From Balanoglossus misakiensis (Eukaryota; Animalia; Hemichordata), in contig CM082587.2 in assembly GCA_040954595.2 (NCBI GenBank), positions 5,877,605-5,941,604 on the forward strand: DNA of 64,000 bases, written 5' to 3'. Made by a program: the position numbers and the translations under genes. Position 1 is the stretch's first letter; every line of letters begins with the position of its first letter. Under the pieces are notes generated by a model. The model was not told the origin of the DNA. It did no database searches and saw nothing but the letters and a program-made list of their open reading frames with translations. This document shows positions 8,482 through 22,765 of the stretch, one piece after another.

Positions 8482-11400
8482 TGTCACCACTCCTTTTTAA
8501 GGGTTTAATTTACAGACCCCGGTCATCTCCCGAGCCTCCTATATTTCCAGGCCCATTAGATTTTGAGATGCCTGGATGATAGTGGTGCGGGGACCACGAC
8601 ACCTCTCGGCCGGGGTCGGACATTTTTGTACTCTGCGCGAGGGCTCATCGGATTACCGAACACGAAGCGCAAATATTTGCCACTCTCACACGATACTTGA
8701 AAAGTGTGTGTGTCGTAAACCTTGGCAATGAGAACGACACAATTGCCCAGCTTTTCTCGTTACCAAGGCAACAATGTCTCCCATTTCTGGTCCCCTCGTA
8801 AGTTACCCTGGGAAGACTGTTGCAATGAGATTCGCACTGACGGCTAGTTACATAACTCGCCCACTTTCACGCACTCTGTCAGAGGTGTCTGCTTTGATTG
8901 TCGTTTTTGTCTGATTTTGAGAAAGACAGGCCACTTAAACGTATAAAGCCGAACAACCTTTTCGAGCACCTTGTCAGGAGGACGCTTCCATTAAAATTGA
9001 TGTTTGGATATCCATGATATTCAGGTGAAACAAAATTTGATATATCTAAAAAAAAACTTCCGTGATAACAAACAAACACCACATGGTGTTCGAGGAGGAG
9101 GGGGCTGGCCACCGCCTCATTTGTCATGTCTTCTGCAGCTGATGTCGCGTTCAGGCGACCTTGGCTTTGACAGCTCTGGCGGTTGCTAAGGTCAGAAACT
9201 GCACCGATATCAGTAGACAGGTGATCGTCCGAGCGTGTTTTTTGTATGTGGATAGATTATGTAGATCACTGATACTCGTCAACACCTGAAACAATATTAC
9301 ACATCTGGCACGCACCGTATCTTCAACTGAAATTTTAATCTCACACCACCAGGTATAGAAATTCTTTTAATTTTCACCGCGTAGTTCCTTCCTGTCGGCT
9401 TGGGAATTTCTCTCCCAAAGCAAGCAGAGTCCCCTTCCCACGTGAGACGTTCGTAATATCAACACGCAATCAAAAATCGAGTGTCACACATTGTCAATAT
9501 TTTCCCAGATATATCGCCAAAGGAGATGTTGAGTAGACTTGTTGGAGGAGGGTCATAAACCTCCAAAAAGTTTTAGTCGCCGGCTTTGTTTTAAGTTCTT
9601 GGAAAAGAACAAAAACAAGCGGGTGTGCTCACCAGCACTTTGGTGTGTTTCATTTCTTTTTAATTTTGGAACGGAAGCATTGCGGAGCAAATGGTCGTTC
9701 TGTTTGTTTGCTCCCCCCACTTGGAAACAGACTGACTTTGAATAAAGATGGTTTAGAAAAAAGACCGTGGGAATGCGTTTCCTTTGTGTGAAACCAAACA
9801 TCGACCGAAGGCCAAGGTCAGTCGCGGAGCCCGGACGACAACGAGGCTTTTTAGCGCGGACATGCGAAGAACGCGAGGAATGCTCCCCCAAAAACACCCG
9901 GATTCCAACGCTGCCTTTCGATTGCCACCATACAACCGTAGTCCTACCTTATCCCCTACCCCGCCCCGGGTGGACGAGGTTCGAGGGTGTGTCCTGAACT
10001 TGTTCTAATACCCTCGACTTAAAATATTAACGCATGAATGCACCGAAAGTCGGAAGTTGAACTTGGATTAACTTTCACATCAGATACGGCCCGGCTGTTT
10101 GCCAGAAACCGTTTGTTCCCATGCAGGTAACTATGTCGGTTTATGTCCATTCAGCTAAAAACGAGGAAATCCTTGCGGAGTGTCACAATCATATCTCAAT
10201 GACGCGTTCATCGCTAGTGTTTGACACTTCCTAAAACCTAAAATACATATTTGCAAACTATAATCACCAAACTTGGCGTTTACAGTTTCCCGCGGTGATA
10301 CTACGCCACAAAATGAAAGAAGGTGCTTATTTTCTTTCTCCGTGATTAGAAAATTTAAGAAAAGTAACGGTTATTTTTGCCTGGAGTATGTGACGTAAGT
10401 TTGAGATGGGGGTCACTTGAATAAATCTGGGCACAGTGTCAGATGTTGGTCGTACACACAACAGAAAACAGCCGACTTCTACACCAGGTTTCCCCCGGCC
10501 GCCTTTTTCTGGAAACAATAAACCGTCACAAATAATGTAATAAAAATAATCCCCATGGTTAACACCGGAGTGCTAATTGTCCGTTTTATGACGAACATCC
10601 CCCCCCCCTCTAATCAGGGCCAGTGAATGTAATTATCATTTCTGGTAATTAGGCGAGAGGGTGACTAATTACCGTCTTCATTATGTCAGAATTGAAAAAA
10701 AGGCCAACGCAGCGTCTCCGGGGAAATAAAGGCCCCGTATACAAGTGCAACGATGGACACCTGTTGTCAACAGTTGGAGTCGCGAATGTGGCCTGTAATT
10801 AAACACCTATACAAAAGTGTAGAACTGTCTGTCATTGATTGGATGGATGACGGAAAAGGTTCTTGAACGTCGCGGACTGAGAACGAAAGAATGGACTACA
10901 TAAACACGTTCAGAAACTCACACGACAAGGGCAGGCATTCTGGACAACTGTTACTTAATCCGGGCGTAAAGGGCACTGACATGAAAAACACTCGGCTCCC
11001 AAACATTGCCCTTACCAAGTGATGCTAAAATAACTTCGTCAAGTTCTTCAGCTTACGAAAGAAATGAGAGCTCCCACCTCTCCCAGAATGGCAACCCACA
11101 GAGTGAAAGTAAATTGAGTGAAGCTATGTTGCGAAAGTCTTTCAACAAGTACAGGCGGCTGGCAAAACATGTTGACACAATTCTGAATTGAAGCCATCGA
11201 CAAGAGCAGGCGCGTTTGAAAGTGTCTCCAGAAAAGCAAATGCGTGTTGTGTGTAAATACATAGGAGACTATGGTTTAGTTGTTCACTCGAGTGGAGTCG
11301 TTCGAGTACCGTCAAGGTAAACACGTCTGTACTTTCACTTAACACCCGGGTGAGAAATAACCTGGCCACAAAATGAAAGAAAGTTTTTCGTGAAAGCTCA

Positions 11401-14400
11401 GTCGAGAGAAATAGCCCTCGTGACAGAGTTCACATAATCGAAGGTTTTGAACGGAAATTTTCACCCTGGAGGTTCCCTTTCCCGCAAAATCCTCACAGAT
11501 GTCTACAGTTTCTCATTTTACCGACGACAAAAAGGCGATGAATAAATTACGCGGACGAGACTTCGGTGGAAAGAGGTGTGTTTCGCCTTGAATAGGAAGT
11601 TCTATCAGATAACAGAGCGCCCCCTGCCGTTTAAAATTTCTGTTGGACCACATGTGCGATCACGCTGTCGTGGTCAGATGTAAATCAAGCAGAAATATCC
11701 GAATGACAGTGGACGCTACTGATCGAGAATTGAACTTATCGACATTGAAAAAATGTACTGCGATGTTGCCATAATCGTCGCTTTAAGTTCAATTTTACAC
11801 GTCTGACAGTCACATATTATTTATGGTCGTTTTTCCCCGCATTCAGCGCCGAGCTGCAAAATTTCTCACCGTTTCGAACATTTTTAGTACATCTATAATA
11901 CGTATAATCCTGCTTTTAACATAATGCCTAACATAAGATCCAGAACTGCCGTTGGAAAATACCAGTAAACACCCATAAATTGTTTCAAAAGTTGACGGAA
12001 AGCGTCTTGATTGTCGGGGTGAAATACAAACCAGACCATTGTTGGCCCCTGAGGTCCCCGTCATCCCCCAGGGCTATTGATTTTAGTTGCGTACCCGCGG
12101 CCCGGCATGCAGGTGTTAAGCAATGTGCACGGTTTGGCTACCCAAGAAGGGTCGCGCTTTACAATGCCGGTTGATCGGCATTCCTGAAATAACCATATTT
12201 CAGATGCTGTATAACGTATTAGGCGGGTAAACAAACGATGATTTGTTTGTCATCATGTAAGCCGTGCATTATTTGTTGTATAATTTGTCCGCGCAGACTA
12301 GCTGTGACGCACGGTGCCTCGCCCTATAATACAGTAAGTTGACCCCGAATCTTATAAATTAAAAAAAAAGAACCCATTGTTTTTTCTTCAACTTGAAATA
12401 TGCCGTTCGTCTAACTATATACGAACATCGTACCGGCAACGTCTCCTTACGTCGAACAGCCTGCAGAAAAGTTATAAGATATGTCGTAAATCGTCTACCG
12501 CTTTGATTCGATGAGGCGTCTTCTGAAAATAATCTGTACATGATGAAGGTAAAACCGGTAGCTATTGGCCGCCAACTTCTCAGTCCTCCCCGAGAAATAA
12601 AGAACGCTCTTCGCCACCACCACCCCAACTCCAGCTTCGGATATTCCCCCTGGAATGAAATTGGGTGTCAACCGTTGAGCTTACTCCTGTATAATGCAGG
12701 TACATGTAATTGGTTAAAAATTCTACACGTAAGCTACTGCTATTGGTTTTGGTTAGTTATCGTGGCTTTTGCAAGTATTTTAAACACAATCAAAGGTGAT
12801 CCGTATGTTGAATAATACTGACTCTTTGTTCAAAACTTAAATAGCGGCAGACTTTCGTAACCTGTTGACAAACGTGAAGCGGCGAACAGAGATGAGAAAA
12901 TTCCACCGATAACCTAGGGAAATCTTCCGCTACACCGATTTTTACTGCGGCCCTCGGCAGTTTTAATTTGACAGCCCGTTGCGCAGCCCGTTGCGCATGG
13001 ACGCGTTGGCTGTCAACCGCGCCTACCACCGCGCCGCCGTCATCACCCTCACAATGCATTTAATGACTCATTTCCCACGCAGGAACCTTTCCGAGCACCT
13101 TTCTGGAGAAATTGTATTTTCCTGGCGCTTGCATGGATCGGATACGTCCTTCCATGAAGCAAAGGAATGGTGTGGGCGGTCGTATACAACGGCTGAGTCG
13201 CCGTGGCATAGTAGCTCCATGGACGGTAGCAGACCCGGCGGACTTATGACAGGTGTAACGTGGGGTCATAGGTTAATAATGTTAGTTCTTGCAGCAGGTA
13301 CGAGGCGACATTCCTGTCAGCCGATGACCGATCACGAACGACCGCCCAATAACTCCACCAGCTTGCCTCTGTGTAATTATTCAAACCACCTGTATGTACT
13401 CTTTTCGCGAGTGAGAGATTTTTTTTCTTTTCAAAAAGGAACTTAGTTTGAACTGCGTGGTTTGGACGCAAAACATGGCGCGACCCTCACATAAAAACTG
13501 AACAAAACTGTTTAATGGGCGTTAGGGGGGAAAATCGTCAGATACAGCTAGGTGACAGCCACCGATTGTCGCAGGCTGAGTTCAAGTCGTCGTCGTATGA
13601 GTCTGAAACTTAAGAAATCCTCATCTTCCCAGAATGTGGGTCACATATCTTTCGTGCCCGGCGGCCGTGCCACCCAGCCGCTGTAAAACGCCCGTAAAGA
13701 GTAGTACCATGCACGGGTTAAACTTGACCGATTAGTATTGACAATAAATGTGGGTCGGTGGGACGCAGACAGAGAACATGCCGAATCCAAACGCCCACCG
13801 AACCCCACCCTACCAGTGACAGTCACGTCAAACGCATGTCTGCCTCCGTGCTATTTACAATCAATAACAGCGAAATGCGTCGCATGGTTGGATCTGTCTG
13901 CCCCATGTGCGTAACTATGGTATTTTCCAAATCTGTGCGTTTTTTTGACACTCCATTTCACGGTCGGGGAGGGCCGGAGATCTTGGGGAGGGGAGATCAC
14001 CAAAGTATCAGGGCAAATGTCAACATCCCGACAGACTTGGTGGTAAATGCCCCCCTCCACCCTGCCCGCCCGATTGGATAGTTACCGAAAACTCTCCACC
14101 CATCCTGTTATACGTTGCGCGCTATACAAGGGAATACACGTGAAGACAGACACGGAGAAGTTTCCCATCAAATGCACAATATACGTATCGTCACGGTGAA
14201 GATGCGCCAGATTGCCGGTCCAACGCACGCCGGAGGCAGGGAACGCACTGCAATAAAATGGTCCTCCGGCGGACTGAGATCCACGTAGTCGGGAAAAACC
14301 ACCGAGGAATTCGTCAAACGTTCAAATGAAGTTATTACCCCGTCGCTTTATTAAACGATAAATTCTTTGTGCAGTGGAGTTGACAGCAGTAATGGCCAGT

Positions 14401-14685
14401 CTCGCGTTGCCAGGCAACCTTTGCTGAAAAATCTTTCCGCCTGATTTCTTGCTCGAGAGAGAGTGCGAGCGACAGAATGGGTTCACCTCACGGGGAAGTG
14501 ATCCCGGACAATAGCCAGCATACCGTGCCCCCCTTTCGTGTATAAGTGGTCGATGTCAACACATTGAGGTGATAGCTATGCACACGACAAAAGTAAAAGT
14601 TTCACTGTGTCCTTCCTCTGCCCCCCCCCCCCGTCACGTTGCGACCCCAACATTTTGAGTTGTGGACGGTCATTTGATTAAAAAC

Positions 14686-14745
14686 GCCGTCAACTTCTAA
14701 ATCTTTCTGGTTACTTGTGACCAGAAAGATTTAGAAGTTGACGGC
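14686..14745. repeat. 60-bp hairpin: 26-bp perfect inverted repeat with 8-nt loop
   Basis: gccgtcaacttctaaatctttctggt-tacttgtg-accagaaagatttagaagttgacggc. Confidence 0.95.
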
Positions 14746-17700
14746 ACCACCATCCTTCTGAAAACGCCTTTCCAACCAAAGAAACACGCCACAATACACA
14801 TCGACATGCTTTTTCTCATTTCGGCAAAACGTTTAATCGTTTTGACTGTTACCCGCCCCAAGTCCCCACCAAGGTCAAAGCTATCTGCGGAGTTTTTTAA
14901 GCTCAATTGTGCAGTTGGCGGGAAATTTGCATGTCTGATGGGGTTTCCATGTATGCGACAGTGAATCTGATTGAACACGTTCTTTAACCGAGTGGCGTTT
15001 CCGACCAATAAAACTGATTCGACGCGACATGAGATAACTGCCTCGGCTCTCACACAGGCCCCGAAAGCGGAGAATCCCCGGCCACCTCGCTAATTCCCTA
15101 ACTAGCACTTAGTACAAACACACACGGACAGTAAATCCGGTCTTTTGTGGTCATATAGGAGAGGATTTGAGTTGTTTCGAGTTCATGAAAAGGGTTACCG
15201 TGAGCTGACCATTTGTTCTGTAAATTTTCACTGTTAAACATGACTTTAAGGATGGGCGATAGCAAAGTGTTGGCGATGTGCTTGCTGTTTTGGAGGTTTC
15301 AGAAATAAGGTTGTTGTTTTTTATCAGTTGGCAGATTGTTTTGTCTGTTGTAGATTTTAGTGGATAGTTTGTCAAGGCGAGTCATGTGATTTTTTTGTCT
15401 TACCAGCCTGCGACTTAAGGAAAACTGCCAGTCTGTAGCCACGTCCGAGTTGACAGGCGAACCATTGGTGAATCCTTTTAGGATCAACGGGGGCAAATTA
15501 AGACATACTCTTTCAAGCTACCGGTAGAATAGACTGACCTGGTATCTGTCCCATTGTGGGGAGAAAGGACTACATATTTGCTTGGTGGTCGGACTAGGGA
15601 AAATCAAAGCCCGTCTCTCTCCACACACAAAAAACGAGAGGAAAATGGGGCAACGAGAAGAGATTAAAGGAGTAAGTGGCTAGTAATATACAACATGGAT
15701 TACCGGAGATCTTCGCGGGAAAGCCATACAAATGAGCCTCTCTTGGGTCAAGAAGCTTAACTTTAACTAGTTCTAAGTGTACTGTCCTTTTTGTATTGAG
15801 TGCACCGAAAGTTATCGAATCGTGATTTGCGTTTTGCCCTTCTCTCGTTGTGACTTCGTAGAAATGTTGAGTTAGCAGTGGTTGCACGTATGTTGACCGT
15901 CCGCCGGGGTCCAACATTGGCGCGTTTCGTGCCTTTAATTCTTGGCCCGACCGACAAAAAGTGTCGGGTTTCGCCCATCGGCAGGACCGACTGCTTGACC
16001 CCATCTTGCTAAGACCACTAATTTTCAATGCCCCGACGTTCTTTTCGCGCCCATTGTTGGTTATTGACAGTTGTAGCTTTCCACACTGCAGGGTTCTAAT
16101 ACCCGCATTTACCGCGGCACTAGACCCGCGGCCACTTTCAGAAACCGGGTCTATATACCGCCTGGTTCGCAATTGTTCGCGACGTTAATTCCGGCGGACA
16201 CGTCTGTCAACCCCGAGCAAAAGAGCGGAGACTTATGATAAGCTGCAAGAAATTTTTAGTAGGTTTACGCTCCGGGGTCTAATACTTTTTGTTGTGGCGT
16301 TAATGCTTTTACGCTCTCTCGGACAAGACTGAGGATTCGCTGCTTGTTCGCAACAGCGGCGATTGTGTAAACGGCATTGTTCGGACCGAACGGCAAACTT
16401 GACACTGTTATGAATTCCTGTCAACACGTCCAGGAGTATTTGCGACCAAGAGCAAGGGGACAGTACACCTTGAGATGATAATGTTTTTAGCGACTGGCCG
16501 AGTAAACAGCCCGCACAAAGGGTGGAGGGAACTTGACAGTTTTAAGGAGCAATTTGCCGGGAGTCGTGGCTTTAAGTCGTCCCTCCATAACCTGTAGGGT
16601 GTCTTTTAATTCGGCTATTCAGGTAATGGTCGTTCGAACAAGGGCTCCAGTGAACCCCAATCTCGTCCTTTGTTGGTCAACACTGGTGTTCATCCCTGGA
16701 GAACTAATCGCCGCTTCTTTCAAAAAAGAAAGAAGAAAACCTCCGGTGCCTTGCCAAAGAAATGGAGCACCTAAGTATTTCGCGAAAGATGTTTACCCGT
16801 CAGCTTAGCGCCCTACCGCGGATCTCTCCAGTTGCTGTTGTTGAAATGCACAAGCGAAGCTCCAGGCCAATCGCAATTGGCCGAAGTTCTCGCATGCATC
16901 AGACACACAGGGAAACTATACACATAGTCTACATCCCCCGACAACCCCCACCCACCTATCTCAGATCCTTTTTAAACTGCCTGAAATGGACCAACTACTC
17001 GCCAAGCGTCGCACAGTTTGCGGCAAGTTGCAACCCTTGAGAGGCAATCGACGAGCTCATTGAACGCCGTCAACGAGGTGTCGAGTTCTCCAGGACCTCT
17101 TTCAAGAGACCCACTTGTTACCAGATGGGAGACCAAAACCCGTGTTTATTTGTCAGAGAGAGAGGGAGGGAGGGGGAGAGCGGGGCTTTGTCCGCCGGAT
17201 ACATCGCGGTCTGGTGTACAACCCATCCTTGAGAACCTGAGTGGAGACGTCGTCGGCCGTTGAGAGGTCGTCTGGATAGGGAACGCCGGGGGGCTTCGAT
17301 CAACAAGTGGTCGGTCTGAGGGGTTTTGTCAAGGAGGAATGAAAGCAGCGTCTTAAAGTCACTCGCCTGACAAATTCGCTTTCATTAATCTAAATGCACA
17401 GTCACTCGGGAAGTAAGCAAACACCTTTAGGGAAAGCGTTGACTGGCGTACCTTCCAGTTTTGCCTCCCTAACCCGTACATAACTCTTAATTTGTAACCT
17501 GTGATTCACGCACGCGCAGCCTTTGCTGTCGCAGTTACTCAATAGTACTAAAGGTAGCCTTCACAACTCTGAAATCATATGTTTGTCATATTTTGTTCAA
17601 GATTCTTCTCTCTTAAAAATCTGGAATAAAAGTTGGAGTCACCGGCAAAGTGTTGATTGCCGGGGAGAGCCAGATCGTATCCAATTTGAAATTCAAAATG

Positions 17701-19617
17701 GCCGCCAATCTCTGTGTTCAGTATCTTCTTACTGGTTGGTATGACAACGAGATGGTGAACAGACCGATTTTTTTTCTTTTTTTTTTTCAAAATAATTCTT
17801 CGCGCATTTTTATACAGCAAATCACTGAAAGGTTTGGATGACTTAGTCTATATTTTTCTGAAAATTAGTCCACGAGGTACGTACTGCTTTGTACAAAGGA
17901 ATGAAATGTGTGGAAATTGCATCCGCATATTAACGGAGTCCACCCAGTGACTGACTGGCTTAATTGTCGGTGTCTATCAACGTTAAAATAATATTGACAA
18001 GCTACGCGTGATTTTCAACGGGGGTAAAGCGATCGCGGTTTGGATTACAATTCACATTGTATGTACACTGTGGCTTTGCTGTGATGTCCGATCGATATTT
18101 TCTTGGTTGTGGGGAGACCATGAAAGGCGGCTGAATGGCTCGGCGACGGTCGCTATGGCTGTGTTTTGAAATCCTCAATGCTGTTATTGCAACACGGTTA
18201 CAGTCAAAGTGGCCAAGAAACCTCAAGCTTTGTTTTGCTTGTTCTGCTGTCGACATATGCAAGTCGACCAGCAATTGAGTTTGAAATGTTCAATTCCATA
18301 ATGAAGTCTGGCTCGGGTCCCTCTTCACTGTCGACGACCACAAATTCGAATGCCAGCTGCGATTTCCCAGAGATATTGCTGCAAACCCCAAATGTATTCC
18401 TGAACGGTATCGTTCCAAACGGTGTCGCGTTGACCGTTTTTTGTTATTCTCTTGTCTTACGGCAGTAACGCCGCTCGCGTAATTGGTCAATTATGGGCGG
18501 ACCTATAATTTGGGAGGTGAGTGCGTGTAAATGTGCGCAGATGCAACGCTCACCTATCGAGTTTCAACACCTAAGTAGGGTTGGTGAATTTCGTCTCTCT
18601 CAGACCCTAAGCGCGGAGGCGGGAAAACCAAGCGGCGCATCGCCGATAATTGATGTCAACCCCGGATCGGGTTTCCCCTCCTCCTTCTGCTCCCCCCTTC
18701 ACCTACTTCAAAACCCAATCAATGTTAAACAAGTGTTTTACAGTCGCCATATGTGGGCTTCAGGTGAGAGGATAATTGTGGACAATTACCTAAGTTGGTG
18801 GTGTCGTGTTTTCGCGTGGTAAATACGCCCGGTTCAACCGTCCGGACGGCAGAATGGTATATCGTGTACCCGGCCAGGGCTTAAAAGCATCGATAATTAC
18901 GGTCAAGTTAGTCAAAATTTGGAAAAAAAAAGTCTTGACGACCAGCTGCCCCAAATCCCGAGCATCTATGCGTAATTATGTACGGGTGTAATCGGATAAT
19001 CGTCAGAAAGGACGTAGAAAAGATTTGAATTATTGGGGAAAAAATATCAGAAATTTAGCAGCTCATCATGGGGCTTTAAAACGTGAAATTAAGGACGGAA
19101 AACGGCGCAAAATGAACTCGCCGTTGGTTTTAGAAAGTGTATTTGATTACTGGTGATCTGTAAACCGATTCGATTTCACTTGCTTGGTGGCAGTGTGGAT
19201 CAAAACGTCGGGGATCGGACGGTCAAAAAGTCTGAAGTGCCGAGTGATGCGGTCTGAAGTGTGTGTGGTCACGTACAGAAACTTTCCTCTTTTCTCAATG
19301 TCTGTGGTGGGGCGTATATCGGTCCGTGATGCGTTAGAGTAGGGGAGGTCCACTCTTTTTCCGTAGCCACGGTCACTCCACACGGGGTGACCTTGATATA
19401 GCACATCCCATACGATCGGATTCACGTGCTACTGTTATAAAAAAAATCCTGGTGGTGACATCGCTGCTTGTGTGTGGGCCGGCGGTAGACCTTTTTTTCT
19501 TCAAATCCCCGCGGAACCTACATGTATAAGAAGTGTTGACAATCTCAGTGCTCTCTTCTAGGGAATAACTTGAGAATCTATGATGGATATCTTTCACACG
19601 ATGGAGCTTGTGATTGC

Positions 19618-19853
19618 CGATGTCATCAAGGTACTTAGATAGGATTTTATATACGGGCGATGTCACCAAGGTTCTTAGATAGGATTTTATACACGGGGCC
19701 GGTCACCAAGGTTCTTAGATATGATTTTATTCACGGGCGATGTCACCGAGGTTCTTGGATAGGATTTTATACACGGGCGCTGTCACTAAGGTTCTTAGAT
19801 AGGATTTTATACACGGCCGATTGCACCGAGGTTCTTAGATAGGATTTTATACA
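19618..19853. repeat. Minisatellite, ~6 x 40 bp
   Basis: Unit gatgtcaccaaggttcttagataggattttatacacgggc; equivalent positions at 19621, 19661, 19701, 19741, 19781, 19821. Confidence 0.95.
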
Positions 19854-22501
19854 GTCTGTGGTCCGCCACACTATCTTCCACAAGTCTGTACGACTTCTAA
19901 AAACGTGTGAACGGTGTGCAGAAGTGGCCGATTATGATTAATGCGATCATGTGCCGTATGCTGCAGACAATGGAAAAAACACGAGAATGGGTCAAGGTTA
20001 CATATTACATTGTATTAGAAATGAATCAGTGTTCACACGCCAGATTAAACCCGTACGTGTTTTTCTTTTCCCGAAAATATTTATTCTCCGCCTCTCGGTA
20101 TAATCCGGTTTATCTGTCGACAAACGCTGTTCTTTTGTCATTCGAAACCCGTCCATTTGCGAGAAAATTTTCTTCGTCTTCAATACGTGGCTACAACACC
20201 TTCAAAGTTTTCCCACGTTAATGACGCATGCGTCCACCCCTGATGATTTCGTTGTCAATTTCCTGTTCGTACGTACTCTCGGCTGTAATTTACCGGGAGA
20301 AGGGGCCCAGCAATCGATTCCCAAGGGTTGAAAAGCCACTCAGCTTCGAGGTAAAAAAAAGCGGACTTGTGTGCACACCTAGGGCCGATTATTACAGCAA
20401 ATAATTTTCGCTTTTGCTGCCGCGGGCGATGTTTGAAATTTAACCCCATAAAGGAAATCGGAAACGGGGTAGATGGATGATCACTGATTCTCGCCGCAGT
20501 TATCAAACGTAGTAGCACGCGGGCTGATTGCGGAGAAACTAGCGCATTCGAGGTATTAGGACACGTGACTTTTAATATAGAAACCGGGTCACAAGATGAC
20601 TTGGGCTTTTCTGATGCGCGATGCCCCTCGGCCGTCTTTCCTTTCACAGACGTCACCTCACAAGATTTATCGTGAACGCGTCCCTTTGTATTTGACTGGT
20701 TACCGCGAAATCGATTCGATATTGAAATGAACATCGTCAAATATAACGAGATATGCCTGCTATATTGTAATTAGGAAGGAAGGGAGGGAGGGAAAGTCGT
20801 TCCTTTCTTTTTTGTGGGAAATAGGATGCGGGCATCTACGGCATTGAGTGTCGCGCTTGACGGGGTCCGAACAAAGGCGGGGCCGCCTGTGAGCGCACGG
20901 CGTTGTCGTAGTGGGCTTGCGTTCTCACTGAACTCAACGTATTACCTATACACCTTGTTCCGGTTTTCCTTGGGAAGGATACAGTTATTCTTTCCCATCT
21001 CCTTTTGCTTGGTCATTCCTACTACGCGTGCGCCGGTCACGCCGCGGCCACCGTTGACAAAAGACCCGCCCGTTTCCTTCCCCCTCGACGGTTCATGCGT
21101 TGATCTTCGTTTTAACATGTCGAACAATGGCCGACCAATTAAATGCGATAGGGCGGCCGCTTCCTCCGGGACCGGGCAAAGCCAGGCACGTTCGCTGTTT
21201 CAGTGTAAAGGAGCTGTGACTCAGCAGTTATAGGAAACAACATCCACAATTATCGTAGACGGATTCCTATCAACGCGTCATCTTCACGGCATTGTCCGAG
21301 GCAGTCCGACTAGCGACTCAGTCCAAGTCTCAAGTCACCAGAAGTTAATCATCGTAAAAACAAAAAAATATCTGATTTATTCTCACACTGTCTCACCCAG
21401 TGATATAGGCATTACATCAGATCTGAATAATATCACGAGTATCGATCAAAATTTCAAAAACGAAATATTCATTGAGCCCACTTCAGCGAGCTGAACCAAA
21501 TAATAAGCTATAAAGAGAAAGAAAATGACTAAAAAGTGACAAAAGTTAGTTTACTTTGTCCTGTGTCAGAATTTTTATTTTATTTTTTTATTTGAAACAT
21601 TTCTGTGTACAGTGTATGTAAGAGATAAATGAGGATAAGCGATGATAAGAAAGAGGAGGTTGGGAACGCGCCATGGGAACGCAGGGAGATTTAATTAATT
21701 ACCATTTATGAAATACTTGCAACACATGTTTTACGAAGCTTTAACAATAGGAACAAAAGGTTTATAACTCTTTGTGGATTATTTCTAGATTATGCATTAA
21801 AATTTTTGACAAAGCCTATAGGCCGGATAGGGAATGTTCACATCACAAGGAGACGTGCGACCATTCCCGTAGATTGTTTGGATTTGCGGGACATTGTGAT
21901 AATTTGTCGCAGCATACATCATCACGCATCAGAAAACTGACAGGGTAAACATTATATTTTCCACGGACAGAGCATGGTAAACACGAATTTTGTTTAACTT
22001 TTCTTTCTTACTCTTATTTTCGTGGTAATATTTTCATTGGGAACAGTGCGGGCCGCGTGATTAATGAAAGTTGTGCCAGTTTGAACAACGCGCGCGCGGG
22101 GATGGAGCTTATTAGTTCACGATCAGAAACGGTCGCGATGTATTGATTATAACACCTCATTGCATCGCGAGGATTATTCTCCTTTGTGAGCGGGTCAACA
22201 GCTCTTAATTGATATATATTTCAATCCATTAGAACCGCCGCTCATAAAATCAAAGTCACAAACAATGCCGGTTATGGTTGGTCCCAGACCATTGAAACTC
22301 TGTATTGATTTTTTTTCCAAGCTCAAATAGTGTTTACATGTACACTGGATTGACAGCTGTTTTTATGTTGGTTGTTTAACCATCAAGACCATGACAGGGA
22401 AGGTTGGGTCACTGTACTTTTTGATACCTACCTCTCATTCTCATGTAGGGGGACAGTGTGTCCTGGAATCATATTTTTTTTTTCGCAGACTGTATTTAAT
22501 A

Positions 22502-22765
22502 TTAAAGGGACACAGTCTCTCTCTCGCTGCCTTTTATCCATTAATTTTGTTTGATACAAGACAGCGTTTATGTTATTCTACATGTGCATGTATAGTGAAT
22601 CAACGTTCGACCACACACAACTTCCATCCCGTTTGTAGGATATGAGAGTACAAATATCGCCAAAATGAATAAACGGTAAACACCGATTATTCATTTTGGC
22701 GAGTTTTTCACTATCGTGTCTACAAGTGGGATGGAAGTTGTGTGTGGCTGAACGTTGATTCACTA
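22502..22765 (+). mobile_element. Palindromic TTAA-AGGGACA MITE (Kolobok-like), copy 1, right end truncated
   Basis: Begins TTAA|AGGGACA; internal inverted repeat tagtgaatcaacgtt...gccaaaatgaataa / ttattcattttggc...aacgttgattcacta; homologous to 38783 and 50923 copies. Confidence 0.8.

Noticed and set aside
13560-13640. Possible tRNA-derived SINE (GAGTTCAAGTC B-box-like motif)
   Set aside because: No convincing A box, cloverleaf, tail or second copy seen.
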